A stretch of DNA of 59,156 nt from Minisyncoccota bacterium (GTDB taxonomy: Bacteria; Patescibacteriota; Minisyncoccia; Phycocordibacterales; UBA9973), in NCBI GenBank assembly GCA_041648595.1, contig JBAZOQ010000004.1, positions 1 to 59,156 of the forward strand, written 5' to 3'. A model generated the notes under the pieces. It ran no database searches, had not been told where the DNA came from, and worked only from the letters and a program-made list of their open reading frames with translations. Position numbers and translations under genes: made by a program. Below are positions 19,158 to 26,998 of the stretch, one piece after another (positions within the stretch are counted from its first letter, which is position 1; the number at the start of each line of letters is the position of its first letter).

Positions 19158-19586
19158 ATGTTATTCCCCAAAAAAGTAAAATTTAGAAAATGGCAAGTCG
19201 GACGAATGAACCCTAAAGCTAGGACGCCAGAAACTCGTGGTACAAAATTAGCTTTTGGATCTTTTGGATTGAAAGCTACAACTCAAGCACGCGTTAAATC
19301 AAATCAAATTGAGTCTTCAAGAAAAGTTATATCTCGTACCTTGACCAAAGCTGGTAAATATTGGGTTCGTATTTTTCCAGACAGACCTTTTACAGCTAAA
19401 GCTGCAGAAATGGGAATGGGAAAAGGAAAAGGAGATCCACAAGGATATTGTTTTGATGTTTTACCTGGGCGTATAATATTTGAAGTAGATGGAGTAGATG
19501 AAAAGGTTGCCCATGAAGCATTAAGGAAAGCTGGTACAAAACTTCCAGTTAAAACTCGAATTGTTTCAAGAGTTCATAATCAATGA
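19158..19586 (+). CDS. rplP: 50S ribosomal protein L16
   Basis: MLFPKKVKFRKWQ... Confidence 0.95.
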   Translation: MLFPKKVKFRKWQVGRMNPKARTPETRGTKLAFGSFGLKATTQARVKSNQIESSRKVISRTLTKAGKYWVRIFPDRPFTAKAAEMGMGKGKGDPQGYCFDVLPGRIIFEVDGVDEKVAHEALRKAGTKLPVKTRIVSRVHNQ

Positions 19587-19594
19587 TAAAATAA

Positions 19595-19670
19595 TTATAC
19601 CTGTCCCGTACTAAATTTTTGATTACGGGGCATAAAGATAAAGATTATTAGTTAAAATTTTAGTACTGGG
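19595..19670 (+). repeat. 76-nt structured leader repeat, copy 1 (upstream of rpmC)
   Basis: About 97% identical to 24181-24256. Both copies run into ATGGCAAAAACA. Confidence 0.9.
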
Positions 19671-19874
19671 ATGGCAAAAACAGAAAAAGAAAATTTAAAA
19701 GGTATGAAGAAAGATGAGCTTAAAAAAGAGCTTATTGGTTTGGAAGAAAAAATAAGGGTTTTAAAATTTAAAGCACAAGGTTCAAAATCTAAAAATGTTA
19801 AAGAATCTGCAACTTTGAGAAAACAAGTAGCTAGGGTTTTAACAGAGATAAATAAAAATAAAAAAGAAAAATAA
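19671..19874 (+). CDS. rpmC: 50S ribosomal protein L29
   Basis: Size, position and coiled-coil pattern. Confidence 0.85.
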   Translation: MAKTEKENLKGMKKDELKKELIGLEEKIRVLKFKAQGSKSKNVKESATLRKQVARVLTEINKNKKEK

Positions 19875-19877
19875 TTT

Positions 19878-20150
19878 ATGGAAACAAAAGCAAAAAAAGA
19901 AAATAGTAATTCTGTCGTTAAGGTAAATACTACATTAAGTGGTGTTGTACTTTCAGATAAAATGGATAAAACAGTAGTAGTTTCTGTTTCACGATTTGTT
20001 AAGCACCCTAAGTATGGAAAATTTTATAAAATAAATAAGAAATATAAAGCACACGATGAAGAGAATAAATATAAGACAGGTGATAAAGTAGAGATAGTTG
20101 AAACTAGGCCAATTTCAAAAGATAAAAAATTTAAAGTAGTTTATAAATAA
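19878..20150 (+). CDS. rpsQ: 30S ribosomal protein S17
   Basis: [14 protein letters not shown]...HPKYGK...HDE. Confidence 0.93.
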   Translation: METKAKKENSNSVVKVNTTLSGVVLSDKMDKTVVVSVSRFVKHPKYGKFYKINKKYKAHDEENKYKTGDKVEIVETRPISKDKKFKVVYK

Positions 20151-20173
20151 TTTACCGTAATTAAACGGACAAT

Positions 20174-20545
20174 ATGATTCAAACCGAAACATTAGTAAAA
20201 ATAACAGACAATGCAGGAGGCACCGTAGGGAAGGTGTTTAAGGTTTTAGGTAGTTCTAGAAAAAGATATGCTACATTGGGAGATAAGGTTATTATTTCTG
20301 TAAAGATTGCTTCCCCTAGAAAAGGTGTCAAAAAGAAAGATGTATGTCAGGCTGTCGTAGTTCGTACAAGAAATGCTTTTAGAAGAAAAGATGGATCTTA
20401 TATTAGATTTGATGACAATGCAGTAGTTCTGTTAGAAAAAGATAAACTTGATCCAAAAGCTGGACGTGTATTCGGACCGATTCCAAGAGAATTAGCTGAA
20501 AGAGGGTATCAGAAAATAATTTCTCTTGCACCAGAAGTAATTTAA
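20174..20545 (+). CDS. rplN: 50S ribosomal protein L14
   Basis: MIQTETLVKITDNAG. Confidence 0.96.
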   Translation: MIQTETLVKITDNAGGTVGKVFKVLGSSRKRYATLGDKVIISVKIASPRKGVKKKDVCQAVVVRTRNAFRRKDGSYIRFDDNAVVLLEKDKLDPKAGRVFGPIPRELAERGYQKIISLAPEVI

Positions 20546-20556
20546 TAAAGGATATG

Positions 20557-20665
20557 AATCCACCAAAATTTTTTAACGAAGAAATATTATAAATTAATTT
20601 ATTTTTATATCAATCATATAATACTACAATAGAGAAGTAAGTTTGGTATAAAATTTAGGCGGATG
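20557..20665 (+). repeat. stop-to-start bridging inverted-repeat element, diverged copy 2 (rplN/rplX junction)
   Basis: aatccaccaaaatttttt ... aaaatttaggcggATG. The right arm contains the rplX start codon. Confidence 0.7.
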
Positions 20666-20881
20666 AAATTAAAAAAAGGAGACAATGTAATAGTTATAAC
20701 AGGGAAAGACAAAAGCAAAAAAGGTAAGATTGTTACTGTTTTAGTTGAGAAAAATAAAGTTGTAGTGGAAGGTATAAATATGATGAAAAAACATCAACGT
20801 CCGAGAAAGTCTGGAGAAAAAGGTATGAAGATAGATATTGCTATGCCTATACATGCTTCAAATGTTAAAAAAGTAGATTAA
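20663..20881 (+). CDS. rplX: 50S ribosomal protein L24 (short form)
   Basis: KOW motif [20 protein letters not shown]. Confidence 0.9.
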   Translation: MKLKKGDNVIVITGKDKSKKGKIVTVLVEKNKVVVEGINMMKKHQRPRKSGEKGMKIDIAMPIHASNVKKVD

Positions 20882-20895
20882 TTTATAAAAATTTT

Positions 20896-21462
20896 ATGAT
20901 AAAACATTTAACCGTAAAAGAAAAAGAAAAAGAAAGTTTTGAAAAGATGAAGAGTGCCTTTCATTATAAAAATGTTATGGCTGCACCTAAAATGATGAAG
21001 GTTATTTTAAATGTTGGTACAGGAACAGCTATTAAAAAAGATAAAAATAAAAATGAAGCTATATTAGGACGTTTGGCAAAAATTACTGGACAAAAAGGAG
21101 CATTGAGAGGTGCCAAACAATCTATTGCATCTTTTAAAATACGACAGGGTGATCCTATTGGGATAGTTGTTACATTGCGTGGAAAGAGAATGTATGCATT
21201 TTTAGAGAAGTTAATAAATGTTGCTCTTCCTCGCACTAAAGATTTTCGTGGTATTAACCTTAGTGCAGTAGACAATGTTGGTAATCTTACAATTGGCATA
21301 AAAGAACACACTATTTTTCCAGAAACAGCAGATGAAGATATAAAAGATGTTTTTGGGCTTGCAATTACTCTTGTTTCTTCAGCTAAAGAAAAAAAAGAAG
21401 GTAAAGCATTTTTTGAACATTTAGGTGTACCTTTTAAGAAAGAGGAACAAAAGAAAAAATAG
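20896..21462 (+). CDS. rplE: 50S ribosomal protein L5
   Basis: RGKRMYAFLEKLINVALPR..DFRG. Confidence 0.95.
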   Translation: MIKHLTVKEKEKESFEKMKSAFHYKNVMAAPKMMKVILNVGTGTAIKKDKNKNEAILGRLAKITGQKGALRGAKQSIASFKIRQGDPIGIVVTLRGKRMYAFLEKLINVALPRTKDFRGINLSAVDNVGNLTIGIKEHTIFPETADEDIKDVFGLAITLVSSAKEKKEGKAFFEHLGVPFKKEEQKKK

Positions 21463-21482
21463 ATTTTTAAAATATATAAATT

Positions 21483-21511
21483 AAAAAAATTCCCCAAATG
21501 GGAATTTTTTG
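21483..21511 (+). terminator. intrinsic terminator after rplE
   Basis: aaaaaaattccc-caaat-gggaatttttt. Confidence 0.6.
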
Positions 21512-21546
21512 TTATATAGAAATCCATTAGTTGTATAATTATTCTT

Positions 21547-21876
21547 ATGGATGAGAATTTGGATTTAAGTAAAAATATAGAGTTAAATAATGCGCTAAAA
21601 GAGCTTGAAATTAAAGCTAATATTGAAGAGCAGATACAAAATGTAAAGCAAGAAACTTTTAAAAACCCTGAAACTCCAAAGATGGTTCAATGGGTTATAA
21701 AATATTCTGGTGGAATAATTAAAGAACAAAGACAAGCGGAGTATATTCTGCTTGGTTTTGTAGTTGTGGCTATTGTTGTTTCATTGTTTTTGTTTTTTGG
21801 AGGAAGTAAAAATAATTTACAAAAACTTCCTGATTTAATGTTACGAGAAATAGAACAAATGCCTGTGAATAAATAA
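21547..21876 (+). CDS. small single-pass membrane protein (paralogue of 23095-23415)
   Basis: Shares ETPKMVQWVIKYSGGIIKEQ.QAEY.LLG plus a transmembrane helix with its paralogue. Confidence 0.55.
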   Translation: MDENLDLSKNIELNNALKELEIKANIEEQIQNVKQETFKNPETPKMVQWVIKYSGGIIKEQRQAEYILLGFVVVAIVVSLFLFFGGSKNNLQKLPDLMLREIEQMPVNK

Positions 21877-21890
21877 GATTATATTTAACA

Positions 21891-22385
21891 ATGAAAATGT
21901 ATAAAAATAATAAAAAAGGATTTACTCTTATTGAATTGCTTGTGGTAGTTGCTATCATAGGGCTTTTGTCCTCAGTTGTTCTTTCTAGTTTAAATACTGC
22001 TCGTAAAAAAGCAAAAGATTCTGCAATAAAAGAAGCAGTTTTTTAACTTTCAACCGTGATGGCTCTTAATTATAATGATTATGGAAGTTATTGCCAGTTG
22101 CAGTATGGATGGATTACTGCATCTGGAGGCACATGTAGTTCCATATTTTCTGGTAGTTATGCAACCAAAGCTCGAGAAATTTGTACCAATATATACAATA
22201 ATGCTGGAGATATATGGACTGCTGGGAAATATCGTATATATTCTAATACCTCACTTGGTTGTGCTAGTACATATTCTTTTATGATAGCTTTAAATAATGG
22301 TAAATGGTTTTGTTCTGGTAGTAGCGGAAGAAAAGGTGAGTATCCGGGTTATGGTGGTCAACCTGGATGTTATAATAATCCTTAA
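21891..22385 (+). pseudogene. type IV pilin-like protein interrupted by an in-frame TAA
   Basis: ATG 21891 encodes the prepilin signal KKGFTLIELLVVVAIIGLL. TAA at 22044-22046 is in the same frame as ORF 22056-22385 (LNYNDYGSY...). Confidence 0.65.
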
Positions 22386-22526
22386 TGAAAGAGAAAGAAA
22401 GGTGAAGAAAAAGAAAGGTGTCAGGAAGAAAGGTATCAGGAATCTTTTAGTCTATCAAAGTGTCACCTCATATGGTTAACTGTACATTCCCTTTACTTAT
22501 TTTTTAGCTTACATTATAATATAAAG

Positions 22527-22763
22527 ATGAATCATTTAGTGTTAAAATCAAATACTAATATGGCTATTGGGAACAAACCAATGGTCCTTTTGCCTTTGGA
22601 TATGTATGAAAAACTTATTAAAAGTTTACATGAATTAAGTTTTAAAAATATAAAAATAGATATTAAAAAATCACACAGAAACATTTTGGCTATTACTAGT
22701 GAATCTAGTTTGTCTAAAGACTGGCTTAAACCAGAAGAAGAAAAAGTATGGCAGAATTTATAA
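22527..22763 (+). CDS. putative antitoxin
   Basis: 78 aa. It overlaps the MazF-like ORF by 16 nt and has a TATAAT box upstream. Confidence 0.45.
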   Translation: MNHLVLKSNTNMAIGNKPMVLLPLDMYEKLIKSLHELSFKNIKIDIKKSHRNILAITSESSLSKDWLKPEEEKVWQNL

Positions 22764-23080
22764 AAGGAGATATTGTCGTTATTCCGTTTCCTTTTTCTGA
22801 TTTATCTGAAGTAAAAAAGAGACCAGCTTTTGTCATCAGTAAACTTGAAGGAGACGATGTTATTCTTTGCCAAATAACTAGTCAGACAATTAAAGATAAA
22901 TATTCAATTTTACTTAGAAAAACTGATTTTGTAGTAGGTAATCTTTTAGTTAATAGTAATATAAGACCGAACAGAATTTTTACAGCTGATAAGAATATTA
23001 TTTTATATAAAGTTGGTAATCTAAAAGAAAATAAAATTAAAGAAACTATTCAAAAAATTATTAAAATAATTAATAGTTGA
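22748..23080 (+). CDS. PemK/MazF-family toxin (second copy)
   Basis: GDIVVIPFPFSDLSEVKKRPAFVIS. Confidence 0.75.
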   Translation: MAEFIKGDIVVIPFPFSDLSEVKKRPAFVISKLEGDDVILCQITSQTIKDKYSILLRKTDFVVGNLLVNSNIRPNRIFTADKNIILYKVGNLKENKIKETIQKIIKIINS

Positions 23081-23094
23081 TGTATAATATTTCT

Positions 23095-23415
23095 ATGGAT
23101 GAAAATATAGATCTCAATAAAAACACAGAAATAAGTGAAGCTCTGAAAGAATTTGAGATAAAATCTAGCATTGAACAAATACAAAAAAATCCTGAAATCT
23201 CAAAAAACATTGAAACTCCAAAGATGGTTCAATGGGTCATAAAATATTCTGGTGGGATAATTAAAGAACAAAAACAAGCAGAATATGTACTGTTGGGAAT
23301 TGCGGTGTTGGCCATTGTTTTAACAATTATTTTAATATTAAATATTTTGAAAGGCTCTTCAGTACCACCAGCTGAATTTAGAAAAAATACACCTGATAAT
23401 TTTAAAATTTATTGA
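23095..23415 (+). CDS. small single-pass membrane protein (paralogue of 21547-21876)
   Basis: MDENIDLNKN...ETPKMVQWVIKYSGGIIKEQKQAEYVLLG. Confidence 0.55.
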   Translation: MDENIDLNKNTEISEALKEFEIKSSIEQIQKNPEISKNIETPKMVQWVIKYSGGIIKEQKQAEYVLLGIAVLAIVLTIILILNILKGSSVPPAEFRKNTPDNFKIY

Positions 23416-23431
23416 GTTTTGAAAATTTGAG

Positions 23432-24019
23432 ATGAAAATTTTTTATAAAAAAAGAGAGAAAGGTTTTACATTAATAGAACTTCTTGTGGTTGTAGCTATA
23501 ATAGGACTTTTGTCTGCTATTGTATTATCAAGTTTAAATAGTGCTAGAACAAAAGCAAAATATGCAGCTGTTAAGGTTCAGTTAAACCAATTTATGAAAA
23601 TGGTAATAATTGCTCAAGGAGAAAGTGATAAAACTTTAATGCAGATAACAGGTTCTGGTTGTAGTAATTGTGTTGGGGGATGTAGGGTTGGATACCCCAA
23701 TGGTCCTGATTTTAGAAATATTCCAATTGATAATTCTTGTTATGTTCAGTGGGTGCATGATGTGACGTCAATACAAAATGCTACAAATGGTATAGTTTCA
23801 GGTGTTGATAATATGTTAAGAGATCCTTGGGGTAGTCCTTATACAGTAGACGAAAATGAAGGAGAAGGTGGACCAAAGGATTGTACACCTGATAATGTTA
23901 CAACCAATGGACCAGATGGTATTTGGGGGAATGGTGATGATCAGTGGTTTTGGATTCCTTTAAGTAAAATATATGATGATACTTGTTGTGATAGATCTAA
24001 AGGGCCATGTGCTTATTAG
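23432..24019 (+). CDS. type IV pilin-like protein (prepilin N-terminal methylation motif)
   Basis: KGFTLIELLVVVAIIGLLSAIVL; cysteine-rich C-terminal domain. Confidence 0.8.
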   Translation: MKIFYKKREKGFTLIELLVVVAIIGLLSAIVLSSLNSARTKAKYAAVKVQLNQFMKMVIIAQGESDKTLMQITGSGCSNCVGGCRVGYPNGPDFRNIPIDNSCYVQWVHDVTSIQNATNGIVSGVDNMLRDPWGSPYTVDENEGEGGPKDCTPDNVTTNGPDGIWGNGDDQWFWIPLSKIYDDTCCDRSKGPCAY

Positions 24020-24040
24020 TTTATAGTTTTTGTTTAATAT

Positions 24041-24069
24041 TTGACTCTTTTTGTATTATTTGTTAGTAT
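24041..24069 (+). promoter_or_regulatory. re-start promoter TTGACT-17-TAGTAT upstream of rpsN
   Basis: Spacing and hexamers read directly from the sequence. Confidence 0.4.
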
Positions 24070-24180
24070 AGCAATAAGGGAATATAGCTTTGATTAATCC
24101 ATTTTTCTCCTTGTCTTTTCAAGTAAATTTGAAGAAATAAGAAAAAAAATGTGATATTGTAAAGCCCTCCTGATAACATT

Positions 24181-24256
24181 TTATACCTGTCCCGTACTAA
24201 ATTTTTGATTATGGGGCATAAAAATAAAGATTATTAGTTAAAATTTTAGTACTGGG
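24181..24256 (+). repeat. 76-nt structured leader repeat, copy 2 (upstream of rpsN)
   Basis: See 19595-19670. Confidence 0.9.
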
Positions 24257-24442
24257 ATGGCAAAAACATCAGTTGTAGCGAGAAGTAAAAAAAAACCAAA
24301 ATTTTCTAGTCGACAGAAAAATCGATGTTTTCGTTGTGGGCGAGGGAATGGTTTTATGAGAGATTTTGGCGTCTGTCGCATTTGCTTTAGAGAATTAGCT
24401 AATGAAGGAATGCTTCCGGGTGTTCGTAAATCAAGTTGGTAG
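24257..24442 (+). CDS. rpsN: 30S ribosomal protein S14 type Z (zinc form)
   Basis: 61 aa, CFRCGR...CRICFRE. Confidence 0.95.
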   Translation: MAKTSVVARSKKKPKFSSRQKNRCFRCGRGNGFMRDFGVCRICFRELANEGMLPGVRKSSW

Positions 24443-24536
24443 ATTCCCCTCTTGAGGGGTGGCTCGCTTTAGCGAGACGGGGTGGATGCATAAATTCTTC
24501 CACCTCCCCCTAAAGGGTACTCCTCAAGAGGAGAAT
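24443..24536 (+). repeat. GC-rich multi-hairpin element with inverted terminal hairpins (rpsN/rpsH junction)
   Basis: attcccctcttgagggg ... tcctcaagaggagaat at the ends; internal hairpins ctcgct-tta-gcgag and ggtgga...tccacc. Confidence 0.7.
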
Positions 24537-24546
24537 ATAAACAAAA

Positions 24547-24933
24547 ATGGATTCAATTTCAAACATGATAATAATTTTAAAGAATGGAAGTTTAGCAGGC
24601 AAGGAGTCTGTATCTTTTCCATACTCTAAGATGAAGAATGCTATTGCGGAATGTCTAAAAAAAGAAGGATATGTTGGCCAAACTTCAAAAAAAATAAAAA
24701 AAGGTTTTCCAGTTTTGGAGATTGAATTAGTTTATATAGACAAAAAACCAAAAATTACAGAAGTAGAAAGAATTTCAAAACAATCTAGACGTGTTTATTT
24801 TAATATGAAGGATATTCATTCGGTTAGGAATGGTTCTGGACTTCTTGTTCTATCCACACCAAAAGGAATTTTATCTGGGAAGGAAGCAAGAAAAGAACAG
24901 GTTGGAGGAGAAGCGTTATTTAAAATTTGGTAG
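24547..24933 (+). CDS. rpsH: 30S ribosomal protein S8
   Basis: DSISNMIIILKNG...; ends in W. Confidence 0.95.
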   Translation: MDSISNMIIILKNGSLAGKESVSFPYSKMKNAIAECLKKEGYVGQTSKKIKKGFPVLEIELVYIDKKPKITEVERISKQSRRVYFNMKDIHSVRNGSGLLVLSTPKGILSGKEARKEQVGGEALFKIW

Positions 24934-24976
24934 TTCGGCAAGCTCACTATAAATAGTAGAAAAATAATAAAAACAT

Positions 24977-25510
24977 ATGAGTAGAATAGGAAAACAAGAA
25001 ATACAAATACCAAAAGGAGTTGAAGTCACAAAAAGCGGTGACCTTTTAAAAGTTGTAGGCCCAAAGGGAACACTTACAAAGATTTTTCGTGATGATATTA
25101 CTATAAACATAGGAGACAAAATAATAACTTTGAACATAAAGAGAAATGATAAATTTTCTAAGTCTCTTTGGGGTACTTATGCTTCACATATAAAGAACAT
25201 GATAAAAGGAGTAGAAATTCCATATCAGAAGAAATTAATCTTAGAAGGGGTTGGATTTAAGTCTGAAGTCAAAGGAAAGGAATTTAATTTTGCTTTAGGA
25301 TTTTCTCATCCAGTTATTGTGAAAATACCAGAGGGCATAACAGCAACAGCGGAAAAGAATAATATTACAATTACAGGAATTGACAAAGAACTGGTTGGAA
25401 GTTTTACAGCAATGATACGAGCATTAAAGAAGCCAGAACCATATAAAGGTAAAGGTATGCGTTATGAAGGTGAAATTATTAGACGAAAACAAGGTAAGAA
25501 AACAGCATAA
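24977..25510 (+). CDS. rplF: 50S ribosomal protein L6
   Basis: MSRIGKQEIQIPKGVEV. Confidence 0.96.
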   Translation: MSRIGKQEIQIPKGVEVTKSGDLLKVVGPKGTLTKIFRDDITINIGDKIITLNIKRNDKFSKSLWGTYASHIKNMIKGVEIPYQKKLILEGVGFKSEVKGKEFNFALGFSHPVIVKIPEGITATAEKNNITITGIDKELVGSFTAMIRALKKPEPYKGKGMRYEGEIIRRKQGKKTA

Positions 25511-25514
25511 AAAA

Positions 25515-25856
25515 ATGGTTAAAAAAGATGAAAAAAGAAAAAGATTAAAGGCAAAGATTAGAGCAAAGATCTCTGGTACTTCAGCTCGTCCGAGGTTATC
25601 TATTTTTCGTTCAAATAAATTTATATATGCACAAATTATTGATGATCAAAAAGGTAAAACCTTGGCACAAGCAAGTGACATCAAAACAACGAAAGGTACA
25701 AAAACAGAAAGAGCTAAACAAATAGGTAAATTAATTGCTGATGCTTGTTTAAAAGTAAAGATTAATCAAGTTGTGTTTGATAGAAATGGTTTTAGATATA
25801 CTGGACGTATAAAATTAGTAGCAGAAGAAGCACGATCGGCTGGATTAAAATTTTAA
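25515..25856 (+). CDS. rplR: 50S ribosomal protein L18
   Basis: RPRLSIFRSNKFIYAQIIDD. ATG 25515 follows the rplF stop. Confidence 0.93.
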   Translation: MVKKDEKRKRLKAKIRAKISGTSARPRLSIFRSNKFIYAQIIDDQKGKTLAQASDIKTTKGTKTERAKQIGKLIADACLKVKINQVVFDRNGFRYTGRIKLVAEEARSAGLKF

Positions 25857-25932
25857 TCCGCCAAAATTTTTTACAAAAATAAAGTAAAGCATTAAAATTA
25901 AAAAATATTAAAAATTTAGGCGGATAAATTAT
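25855..25932 (+). repeat. stop-to-start bridging inverted-repeat element, copy 3 (rplR/rpsE junction)
   Basis: aatccgccaaaatttttt ... aaaaatttaggcggat. Confidence 0.85.
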
Positions 25933-26508
25933 ATGGCAGAAGAAGAAAATAAAAAAAAGAATAATAATCGTCGATCATCATCTTTTGGTCGACCAAAGCC
26001 TGAATTTGATCAGAAGATTTTAAATATTCGTCGTGTCACTCGTGTTGTTGCAGGAGGACGTAGATTTTCTTTTAGTGTTGCATTGGTTGCTGGAGATAAA
26101 AAAGGTTCTATTGGTTTAGGATTAGGAAAAGCAGGAGATACTTCTCTTGCCATAAATAAAGCATTAAGAAATGCAAAAAAGAATATGGTTAGATTAAAAC
26201 TTACAAAGACAATGTCTATACCACATGAAGTTTCAGCAAAATTTTCAAGTTCATATATTAAACTTATGCCAAATAAGGGCCGTGGACTCGTTGCTGGCAC
26301 AGTTCTTCGTGATATTGCAAAATTGGCTGGCATAAAAGACATAACAGGGAAAATTTTATCTGGTAGTAAGAATAAATTGAATAATTCAAAAGCTGTAATG
26401 CAAGCACTTTCTCAGATTTCATCAAAATATACAAAAGTAATACCATTAGGTGAAGATTCAGTAAAAGTTGATAATCAAGTAGAAAGTATTAAAAAAGAGT
26501 CAAAGTAA
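25933..26508 (+). CDS. rpsE: 30S ribosomal protein S5
   Basis: RRVTRVVAGGRRFSF...GLGKAGD. Confidence 0.96.
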   Translation: MAEEENKKKNNNRRSSSFGRPKPEFDQKILNIRRVTRVVAGGRRFSFSVALVAGDKKGSIGLGLGKAGDTSLAINKALRNAKKNMVRLKLTKTMSIPHEVSAKFSSSYIKLMPNKGRGLVAGTVLRDIAKLAGIKDITGKILSGSKNKLNNSKAVMQALSQISSKYTKVIPLGEDSVKVDNQVESIKKESK

Positions 26509-26518
26509 TTAAAATTCT

Positions 26519-26995
26519 ATGCAAATACACAATTTAAAAAGAGAACATAAGAATAAAAAAGATCGAATTGTTGGTCGTGGTGGTAAGCATGCAAAAACTT
26601 CTGGCAGAGGAGGTAAGGGTCAAACAGCAAGAGCTGGTAATAAACGCCGTCCAGAACTTCGTGATATTATAAAAAAATTACCAAAGAATCGCGGATATCA
26701 ATTTAATTCTTTCGAAATAAAACCTATTGGTGTTTCTTTAGATAAAATAATAAAAGCATATGAAAAAGGTGGAGAAGTTAATCCTGCTTTATTATTAGAA
26801 TCTAAAATAATTAAAAAAGTAAAAGGTTGGATTCCAAAAGTAAAGATATTAAATGGTAAAATGGATATAGTTGTGAAAATACAAGTTTCTAAATGTTTTG
26901 TTTCAGATTCTGCTAAAGAAAAAATTATAAAAGCTGGTGGTAGTGTTGATTCTAATAAAAAAGAAGAAGTAAAAGAAGTAAAAGAAATAAAATAA
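26519..26995 (+). CDS. rplO: 50S ribosomal protein L15
   Basis: GRGGKHAKTSGRGGKGQTARAG. It lies 10 nt after rpsE, leaving no room for L30. Confidence 0.95.
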   Translation: MQIHNLKREHKNKKDRIVGRGGKHAKTSGRGGKGQTARAGNKRRPELRDIIKKLPKNRGYQFNSFEIKPIGVSLDKIIKAYEKGGEVNPALLLESKIIKKVKGWIPKVKILNGKMDIVVKIQVSKCFVSDSAKEKIIKAGGSVDSNKKEEVKEVKEIK

Positions 26996-26998
26996 ATT

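Noticed and set aside
22075-22479. ORFs 22075-22284 and 22297-22479 near pilin 1.
   Set aside because: The first is an alternative frame of the pilin C-terminal region. The second runs through a purine-rich GAAAGGT repeat spacer. Neither has supporting motifs.
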